Positions 8,668 to 13,838 are shown, counted from the first letter of the stretch. The stretch is 20,000 bases of DNA from an uncultured virus (IMG/VR IMGVR_UViG_3300042445_003239) (IMGVR_UViG_3300042445_003239); one strand, 5' to 3'. Notes: a model not told the origin generated them from the sequence alone. Numbers and translations: made by a program.

Positions 8668-8807
8668 GTGAACATCGAGACTCTGAGAAGAGAGGCTTGC
8701 AGGCCTTGAGTCAAAGATGGCAATTATTGTGTAATGGCTTGCGCGCCCGTCGTGAAAACGGGAGGGACGGTTCGATTCCGTATTTTGCTTCGCTTGATGT
8801 TCATCTA
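8668..8807 (+). ncRNA. structured RNA with a nested degenerate tRNA-like domain
   Basis: Outer stem GTGAACATCGAG/CTTGATGTTCAT; inner CCCGT-CGTGAAA-ACGGG arm and ACGG-TTCGATT-CCGT T-arm. Confidence 0.55.
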
Positions 8808-8817
8808 ATTTTCCAAC

Positions 8818-8892
8818 GCTGCCATCGTCTATCGGTTAGGACAAATGGTTTTCAACCATTAGAGCGGGGTTCAACTCCCCGTGGCAGTACCA
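8818..8892 (+). tRNA. trnE: tRNA-Glu(TTC)
   Basis: GCTGCCA/TGGCAGT acceptor, AATGG-TTTTCAA-CCATT, CCA. Confidence 0.93.
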
Positions 8893-8902
8893 ATTTTCAA
8901 AA

Positions 8903-8991
8903 GTACGTGAGGCTACTGTTGGTTGTGTGGCGGCAGACTGTAACCCTGCTCATCAGAAACATCGTTGGTTCGATTCCAACCGCGTACACCA
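8903..8991 (+). tRNA. trnY: tRNA-Tyr(GTA)
   Basis: GTACGTG/CGCGTAC acceptor, CTGTAAC loop, long variable region, ACCA. Confidence 0.85.
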
Positions 8992-8997
8992 TTTTAT

Positions 8998-9073
8998 TCC
9001 GAGGTTAGCATATGTAGTAATGTCCTGCCTTGTGACGGCAGCGAATATGGTGCAAGTCCATGACCGCGGACCA
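8998..9073 (+). tRNA. trnH: tRNA-His(GTG) with U-1:A73
   Basis: CTGCC-TTGTGAC-GGCAG; T-loop TGCAAGT; ACCA. Confidence 0.8.
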
Positions 9074-9075
9074 TT

Positions 9076-9172
9076 TTTGAGCAGCGAGAACTCGGACTAA
9101 GTAAAAGGAGGTTCAACTCCTCCATTCTCTGGCTAGTCACTATCAGGATGACAACCTGACTGCTCAAATCCA
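9076..9172 (+). ncRNA. rearranged tRNA-like RNA
   Basis: 9-bp terminal stem plus TCCA; T-arm GGAGG-TTCAACT-CCTCC lies 5' of an anticodon-like hairpin TCAGG-ATGACAA-CCTGA. Confidence 0.6.
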
Positions 9173-9183
9173 CTTTCTTTAAT

Positions 9184-9260
9184 GCCTCCTTAGCTCAATT
9201 GGCAGTAGCAGCTCATTTGTAATGAGCAGGTTATCCGTTCAAGTCGGATAGGAGGCTCCA
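9184..9260 (+). tRNA. trnT: tRNA-Thr(TGT)
   Basis: GCCTCCT/AGGAGGC, GCTCA-TTTGTAA-TGAGC, TCCA. Confidence 0.93.
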
Positions 9261-9265
9261 ATTTC

Positions 9266-9430
9266 AATTATGATACTATTCGGTGAGTTAGGTGCATATG
9301 TGTATGCATACAGGCTTGAAATTCCGTGCTGAAGATAATGTCAGTGTATCATAATTAAAGATCGCTACGATCTTCAGTAGCTAGCTTCAGTCCTAAGTGA
9401 GTCGTAGGCCGCAATGCTATGGACATACCA
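9266..9430 (+). ncRNA. putative structured RNA(s)
   Basis: 11-bp stem AATTATGATAC/GTATCATAATT, several internal hairpins, ends ACCA before the spacer. Confidence 0.45.
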
Positions 9431-9439
9431 ATTTTCAAC

Positions 9440-9515
9440 TCCCGAGTAGCTCAATGGTAGATGCGCTGAGCTGTTAACTCAGATGTTGCACGTTCGAGTC
9501 GTGCCTCGGGAGCCA
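9440..9515 (+). tRNA. trnN: tRNA-Asn(GTT)
   Basis: TCCCGAG/CTCGGGA, CTGAG-CTGTTAA-CTCAG, GCCA. Confidence 0.95.
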
Positions 9516-9524
9516 TTTTCAAAA

Positions 9525-9598
9525 GCGCTATAAGTGTTACGGTAGCACGTGATCCTTCCAAGTTCGAGGCGTGGGTTCGACTCCCACATGGCGTACCA
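9525..9598 (+). tRNA. trnG: tRNA-Gly(TCC)
   Basis: GCGCTAT/ATGGCGT, CTTCCAA loop with a weak anticodon stem, A73 instead of the bacterial U73. Confidence 0.8.
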
Positions 9599-9602
9599 AT
9601 TT

Positions 9603-9766
9603 TGACACAGACGGTCTAGCTGATGTAATTTACGAGACCATAAGAGAGGGTGACTGCGAGTGCGGATTTACGGAGTAAGTCTTTTAGACCGAAACAAAAC
9701 AATATCTCGACAAGACCGGATACTTGAACAAATTTCTGCCTCTCAAACTTCAGCGTGTGTCATCCA
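9603..9766 (+). ncRNA. putative multiply pseudoknotted RNA with an acceptor-like end
   Basis: TGACACA/TGTGTCA terminal stem followed by TCCA; four crossing complementary pairs inside. Confidence 0.5.
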
Positions 9767-9770
9767 ATTT

Positions 9771-9847
9771 ACTAGACTTCGTCTAAGCGTTAAGGACCTC
9801 ACGACAGTACGTGAGAAGTGTAGGCTTCAATCTACAGTCTAGTTCTA
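9771..9847 (+). ncRNA. tRNA-shaped cloverleaf with non-canonical loops
   Basis: ACTAGAC/GTCTAGT, GTCT/GGAC, CTCACG/CGTGAG and TGTAG/CTACA all pair; no canonical anticodon loop or T-loop; ends TCTA. Confidence 0.6.
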
Positions 9848-9866
9848 ATTTACCTAAACGGGCTCA

Positions 9867-9950
9867 TGAAACATAGGGACGGGCTCTTCCACCAGCGTGA
9901 TGGCTGAAGTCTTCGGACGAAGAGTATGTATATCTTGCAGAAGTGTTTCA
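9867..9950 (+). ncRNA. putative three-way-junction RNA with a cUUCGg tetraloop
   Basis: TGAAACAT/GTGTTTCA, GCTCTTC/GAAGAGT, CAGC/GCTG, GTC-TTCG-GAC. Confidence 0.5.
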
Positions 9951-9963
9951 ACTTAATTTTTAT

Positions 9964-10041
9964 CAGAGGGTGGTGGAGCGGTCTAACACACCTAGTTTGG
10001 AACTAGGAACAACGCAGGTTCAAATCCTGCCTCTCTGACCA
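9964..10041 (+). tRNA. trnP: tRNA-Pro(TGG)
   Basis: CAGAGGG/CTCTCTG, CCTAG-TTTGGAA-CTAGG, ACCA. Confidence 0.92.
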
Positions 10042-10049
10042 TTTTCAAT

Positions 10050-10128
10050 GGTTGTGTGAATTTCGACTTGGTAAGAAGTAGATTTCATAAGTCTAAGTAT
10101 ATAGGTTCAAATCCTATCACAACCACCA
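10050..10128 (+). tRNA. tRNA with CAT anticodon (Met or Ile2), irregular D-arm
   Basis: GGTTGTG/CACAACC, TAGAT-TTCATAA-GTCTA, ATAGG-TTCAAAT-CCTAT, ACCA. Confidence 0.8.
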
Positions 10129-10137
10129 AACTTCAAA

Positions 10138-10210
10138 GGGGATGTAGCTCAATTGGTAGAGCGCTTGCCTTGCACGCAGGATGTTGCAGATTCGAGTTCT
10201 GTCATCTCCA
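10138..10210 (+). tRNA. trnA: tRNA-Ala(TGC), CCA not encoded
   Basis: GGGGATG/CATCTCC with G3:U70, CTTGCAC loop. Confidence 0.93.
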
Positions 10211-10220
10211 CTTTTTTAAT

Positions 10221-10297
10221 ACGACTATAGCTCAGATGGTCAGAGCACAGCTTTGATAAAGCTGGGGTCGAAGGTTCAAATCCTTCTAGTCGTACCA
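10221..10297 (+). tRNA. trnI: tRNA-Ile(GAT)
   Basis: ACGACTA/TAGTCGT, CAGCT-TTGATAA-AGCTG, ACCA. Confidence 0.95.
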
Positions 10298-10301
10298 TAA
10301 C

Positions 10302-10376
10302 GGACGTTAAGCTTTAATAGTGAAGCACATGGCTTTTAACCATGAGAACTGGGAGCATTACCCAGAACGTCTACCA
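10302..10376 (+). tRNA. trnK: tRNA-Lys(TTT), variant T-loop
   Basis: GGACGTT/AACGTCT, CATGG-CTTTTAA-CCATG, T-loop AGCATTA, ACCA. Confidence 0.9.
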
Positions 10377-10383
10377 ACTTTCT

Positions 10384-10458
10384 CCACACTTAGCTGAGAT
10401 GGATTAGCACAAGACTGAAAATCTTGAGAGGACCGATCGTTACGGTCAGTGTGGACCA
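10384..10458 (+). tRNA. trnF: tRNA-Phe(GAA), variant T-loop
   Basis: CCACACT/AGTGTGG, CAAGA-CTGAAAA-TCTTG, T-loop ATCGTTA, ACCA. Confidence 0.9.
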
Positions 10459-10462
10459 TAAT

Positions 10463-10542
10463 GCTCCTGTAGCTCAGTCGTGGTCAGAGCACCCGCCTTA
10501 TAAGTGGGAGGTCATGGGTTCAATCCCCCATCAGGAGTACCA
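10463..10542 (+). tRNA. trnI: tRNA-Ile(TAT)
   Basis: GCTCCTG/CAGGAGT, CCCGC-CTTATAA-GTGGG, 8-nt T-loop, ACCA. Confidence 0.85.
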
Positions 10543-10552
10543 ATTTTCAAAT

Positions 10553-10629
10553 ACGCCTATAGCTTAGCGTTCCAAAGCAATCCACTCATAATGGATAGAT
10601 CCTCGGTTAGAATCCGAGTGGGCGTACCA
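10553..10629 (+). tRNA. tRNA with CAT anticodon (Met or Ile2)
   Basis: ACGCCTA/TGGGCGT, ATCCA-CTCATAA-TGGAT, T-loop TTAGAAT, ACCA. Confidence 0.85.
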
Positions 10630-10650
10630 TTTTATTATAAATATGATTAT

Positions 10651-10726
10651 GCGGAGGCATGTCCCAAGGCTGGCGAACGAGACTCCAAATCTTGTTGGGT
10701 GAGTTCGATTCTCACTCTCCGTGCCA
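10651..10726 (+). tRNA. trnW: tRNA-Trp(CCA)
   Basis: GCGGAGG/TCTCCGT, CGAGA-CTCCAAA-TCTTG, G73 then CCA; TATAAATA at 10636-10643 upstream. Confidence 0.88.
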
Positions 10727-10760
10727 AAAATCAATTATTATAAATAAACATATAACTATT

Positions 10761-11453
10761 ATGAAAGACGGTCTAATTAACATCGCAAAGAATTTCTTGC
10801 TATCTGAAGCAGCAGTGAAAGAATATACACTCAATGACGCTTCAACACTCTCTGACTTTGAGAGTGAAACTGAAATCATTACGCATCTTGTGAAGGATCC
10901 AAAGATTAAAGCTGCTACTGGCGGTTCAAAAAATCTTTACTTTGACGGTTCCGAACTTGTATATAAAGACAAGACTGTAAAGGGTGGATTAATTGATAAA
11001 GATGGTTTTAGTGCTAAGGTTAAACTTGGTGATCTTAAGAAAGCTATTTTGGCAATGCCTGGGCTACACGAAGCAAGTGGCCAATCTGATCCAAATATTA
11101 CAGTTTGGACTAAAAAGGGACCACACAATTATGATAGCTTTTTAGCTGCAAATGAAGATCGTATTGGCGAGCCAATGATTGACGGCGGTCTTAAAGCAAA
11201 TAATAAAGATGCTGAAGCAGTAAACGGTCAGCCAGTTAATGACATGATCTATTGTGGTTCTGGTTGCGTAGTTTATAAAGATGGTGCAAAGAGATTTGTC
11301 AAGTTACCATCTGGTCTCATAAACACAGGTGATGGCAGTACGCCTTGGTCAAAATATTCTTCATTTAGTTCTGAAGGTGTGCTAATTAAAGCAGATGATA
11401 ACAATAAATTCAAAGATATTGCTAAAGCAGTACAAGTTGCCGCAAAATTTTAA
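10761..11453 (+). CDS. hypothetical late protein, putative internal head protein
   Basis: Start reassigned to ATG 10761 because the longer frame overlaps tRNA-Trp; TATAAATA at 10739-10746; LLSE/A and LHE/A gp21-like sites. Confidence 0.75.
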   Translation: MKDGLINIAKNFLLSEAAVKEYTLNDASTLSDFESETEIITHLVKDPKIKAATGGSKNLYFDGSELVYKDKTVKGGLIDKDGFSAKVKLGDLKKAILAMPGLHEASGQSDPNITVWTKKGPHNYDSFLAANEDRIGEPMIDGGLKANNKDAEAVNGQPVNDMIYCGSGCVVYKDGAKRFVKLPSGLINTGDGSTPWSKYSSFSSEGVLIKADDNNKFKDIAKAVQVAAKF

Positions 11454-11478
11454 ATCTTAACAAGAATAACTTTAACGG

Positions 11479-11508
11479 AAAGAGGCTGCATCTTGCAGTC
11501 TTTTTTTT
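11479..11508 (+). terminator. intrinsic terminator
   Basis: AGAGGCTGCA-TCT-TGCAGTCTTT hairpin with a T8 tail. Confidence 0.85.
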
Positions 11509-11510
11509 AT

Positions 11511-11569
11511 GCACTCTTAGCTCAGCTGGATCAGAGCACACGGCTACGAACCGTGAGGTCCGGGGTTCG
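11511..11569 (+). pseudogene. trnR: 5' part of split tRNA-Arg(ACG)
   Basis: GCACTCT acceptor 5' strand, D-arm, CACGG-CTACGAA-CCGTG and CGGGG-TTCG, then an abrupt break. Confidence 0.88.
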
Positions 11570-11597
11570 TAAAGTTCACATTTGTATAAATACATTT

Positions 11598-12371
11598 ATG
11601 AACTACCAACGTATTTACGATAATCTAATTTCATATCGACAAAATAATCCGGCAACTGGATATACTGAAAAGCACCATATCTTGATGAAATCAATGGGCG
11701 GATCTGATGATACTTCTAATCTAGTAGTTTTAACTGGAAGAGAACATTGGATCGCCCACATCCTTCTTTATAAGATTCATAAGAATAGTCAAACAATTCA
11801 TGCATGCCATATGATGGCGATGCGATGTGAAGAGCGCAGTATATCCTATATTAAGAATTCTCGTCTGTATGAAGAAATTCGAAAACATCACTCTAAATTG
11901 GCATCAAAACGTATGAAAATTTCTCAAAGTGGTGAGTGCAATTCACAATATGGAACTCGTTGGATGTGCAATATTGAATTACAAGAAAATAAAAAAATAT
12001 TAAAAGAAGACAAAATACCAGAAGGATGGATTTTAGGAAGAAATAAGTGGAAAAATATAGAAATAATTTTTACATGTGTTATATGTAATTGTACTTTTTT
12101 AAAGCTTAAATGTTCTAAGACATATAAAACGTGCTCATCTGAATGTCTTCATTTATTAAAAATAAAAAATAGAAAAGGTAAAACACTAGATAAAAAAACT
12201 AGAAAAAAACTTTCTGATTCGGCTAAAATTCGAATGCGTAAACAAATTGATTCTGGTAATATGAAATTTTCAAGTGTTGATACTGTTTGGATTAACAATG
12301 GAACAAAATCTGCACGTATTGAAAAAAATGAATTACCTCCTGATGGATGGAAATTTGGAAGACATAAATAA
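11598..12371 (+). CDS. HNH homing endonuclease (MobE-like) with zinc finger and NUMOD-like DNA-binding modules
   Basis: MNYQRIYD...TEKHHI--K-MGGSDD-SNLV-LT-REH-IAH; CVIC...CSSEC; WINNG/GW-LGR repeats; TATAAATA at 11585-11592; start reassigned to ATG 11598. Confidence 0.92.
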   Translation: MNYQRIYDNLISYRQNNPATGYTEKHHILMKSMGGSDDTSNLVVLTGREHWIAHILLYKIHKNSQTIHACHMMAMRCEERSISYIKNSRLYEEIRKHHSKLASKRMKISQSGECNSQYGTRWMCNIELQENKKILKEDKIPEGWILGRNKWKNIEIIFTCVICNCTFLKLKCSKTYKTCSSECLHLLKIKNRKGKTLDKKTRKKLSDSAKIRMRKQIDSGNMKFSSVDTVWINNGTKSARIEKNELPPDGWKFGRHK

Positions 12372-12376
12372 AAAAA

Positions 12377-12451
12377 GGCCTGTTGGTCCAATGGATAAGA
12401 CGAGAGTTTACGAAACTCCAAATTGAGGTTCGATTCCTCAACAGGCCACCA
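12377..12451 (+). tRNA. trnR: tRNA-Arg(ACG), cassette-borne replacement copy
   Basis: GGCCTGT/ACAGGCC, D-loop GGA (A20), GAGT-TTACGAA-ACTC, TGAGG-TTCGATT-CCTCA, ACCA. Confidence 0.9.
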
Positions 12452-12505
12452 TTTTGTATTATATAATTTAAAATAAATGTACATAATATATAATAAACTG
12501 ATGAA

Positions 12506-12519
12506 TTGAGAGTGCACCA
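12506..12519 (+). pseudogene. trnR: 3' remnant of split tRNA-Arg(ACG)
   Basis: AGAGTGC (12509-12515) is the exact complement of the GCACTCT that opens the split tRNA, followed by ACCA and the usual TTTT spacer. Confidence 0.82.
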
Positions 12520-12523
12520 TTTT

Positions 12524-12607
12524 TGCGAGAGGGTGTCTAAACCGCTTGGCCCGTCGGTTGAACTCGCATGTCAATATCTCCAAAGTGTTGATGTTAACGG
12601 GCCTTCA
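12524..12607 (+). ncRNA. pseudoknotted RNA displaying a Trp-type anticodon loop
   Basis: TGCGAG/CTCGCA, AACCG/CGGTT, crossing GGCCCGT/ACGGGCC; hairpin closing CTCCAAA. Confidence 0.55.
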
Positions 12608-12619
12608 AATTTTTATAAT

Positions 12620-12693
12620 GGGGGATTAGTTCAAAAGTAGAACGATTGCTTTACACGCAATATACGAGGGAGCGTTACCTTCATCCCTTACCA
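12620..12693 (+). tRNA. trnV: tRNA-Val(TAC), variant T-loop
   Basis: GGGGGAT/ATCCCTT, ATTGC-TTTACAC-GCAAT, T-loop AGCGTTA, ACCA. Confidence 0.9.
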
Positions 12694-12696
12694 TAC

Positions 12697-12786
12697 GGAG
12701 ATATGACAGAGTGGTAATGTAGCTGTTTGCTAAACAGTAGTCAACCTTGATCGGTTGCGCAGGTTCAAATCCTGCTGTCTCCGCCA
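12697..12786 (+). tRNA. trnS: tRNA-Ser(GCT)
   Basis: GGAGATA/TGTCTCC, TTGCTAA loop, long variable arm, GCCA. Confidence 0.95.
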
Positions 12787-12791
12787 TTTTT

Positions 12792-12866
12792 GTTGCGTAA
12801 GCCAAATGGTTAGGCGCGAGATTGCAAATCTCGTCTTGGTGTGTTCGATTCACACACGCAACTCCA
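12792..12866 (+). tRNA. trnC: tRNA-Cys(GCA)
   Basis: GTTGCGT/ACGCAAC, CGAGA-TTGCAAA-TCTCG, U73 then CCA. Confidence 0.93.
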
Positions 12867-12868
12867 AT

Positions 12869-12942
12869 TGCCCATTAGCATAAAGGTAATGCACACGGCT
12901 TTGACCCGTGAGAAGTTGGTTCGATACCAGCATGGGCTACCA
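12869..12942 (+). tRNA. trnQ: tRNA-Gln(TTG)
   Basis: U1:U72 mismatch, CACGG-CTTTGAC-CCGTG, ACCA. Confidence 0.92.
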
Positions 12943-12968
12943 ATTTTTATAAATAGATAAATAACAAT

Positions 12969-13259
12969 ATGACTGAAAACTTTACAAACATTAAAAACGA
13001 TCCGCTTGTAGCCGCCGCCGCAAAAATCATAGGCAGTCAATTGCATGAAGCTGATTCACGTATAGCAAAAACACCAGCTGCAGTTAAATTACTATCTGGA
13101 ATTACAAAGCTTGACGCCAAGGAATTTGAAGATTTGTTATATGGTCTTGAATATATGACTCAATGGAATGGCCAACGCGACGGAGATGATGATTATATTG
13201 AAACTGCGCTATTTCTTAAAAAAGCAGCAGAACGTTTTTCTAAAAGACCAAATAAATAA
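12969..13259 (+). CDS. hypothetical late protein, putative internal head protein (paralogue A)
   Basis: TATAAATA at 12948-12955; leader MTENFTNIKNDPLVAAAAKII then QLHE/A. Confidence 0.8.
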   Translation: MTENFTNIKNDPLVAAAAKIIGSQLHEADSRIAKTPAAVKLLSGITKLDAKEFEDLLYGLEYMTQWNGQRDGDDDYIETALFLKKAAERFSKRPNK

Positions 13260-13267
13260 ATACAGAT

Positions 13268-13831
13268 ATGAAAGAAAACTTCACAAACATTAAAAACGAT
13301 CCGCTTATAGCTGCGGCCACAAAGATCTTAACAGGATGCACTCAATTAGATGAAACAGTTGAGCTCCAAGAAATGTCCAACACTAAAATTGCAAAAGACA
13401 TTAAGAAGGGCGACTCTTTTAAAGCAAATCTAAAAATCCCAGGAAAAGGTGTAGACATCTCAAAAGCATATACTGTTATTGCGACAGATGACGCAATGGA
13501 TTCAAAAACTCATCCTGGGAAACTGGTAAACATACGTGTAAAAGCTGGAAACTATACAACCGTAGTTCCTTTTGAAAAAAATCAGAAAGTAGATCTTGTT
13601 GAAGAAACAATTGATGAAGCTCTTAAAACTCCAACATATCCACTTGTTCGTAAAATAATGGCAGCTGCAGAAGATATAGATGAAGATGAATTGGAAGAAT
13701 TGTTTTTCACACTATCAAACTATATGATTTATGGCGGGTTTGGTGGAATGGGATTTGATGATCGTCTGCATGATGAAGTTGGAGCACATCTTTTCCGCGC
13801 GGCAAAAGTTTGGAAAAATCGAAATAATTAA
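13268..13831 (+). CDS. hypothetical late protein, putative internal head protein (paralogue B)
   Basis: Same leader MKENFTNIKNDPLIAAATKIL; several (L/I)xE sites; C-terminal helical domain resembles paralogue A. Confidence 0.8.
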   Translation: MKENFTNIKNDPLIAAATKILTGCTQLDETVELQEMSNTKIAKDIKKGDSFKANLKIPGKGVDISKAYTVIATDDAMDSKTHPGKLVNIRVKAGNYTTVVPFEKNQKVDLVEETIDEALKTPTYPLVRKIMAAAEDIDEDELEELFFTLSNYMIYGGFGGMGFDDRLHDEVGAHLFRAAKVWKNRNN

Positions 13832-13838
13832 TTTTAAT

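Larger units (their letters stand above)
11570..12505 (+). mobile_element. HNH homing-endonuclease cassette inserted in tRNA-Arg(ACG), carrying a replacement tRNA-Arg(ACG)
   Basis: AT-rich ~935-bp segment between the two halves of a tRNA; contains a late promoter, the HNH ORF and an intact tRNA-Arg(ACG). Confidence 0.82.

Noticed and set aside
9883..9925. Hammerhead ribozyme
   Set aside because: CTGAAGT and GAAG deviate from the required CUGANGA and GAAA core; kept only as a generic three-way junction.
12452..12500. Outward-facing promoter at the end of the HNH cassette
   Set aside because: TTTAAA-16-TATAAT is present, but the tract is so AT-rich that the match is uninformative without TSS data.
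11570..12505. Self-splicing group I/II intron in tRNA-Arg
   Set aside because: Only 28 nt precede the HNH ATG and the 3' side is a tRNA plus ~55 AT-rich nt; no catalytic core is visible, the break is in the T-loop, and joining the halves would leave the T-stem incomplete.
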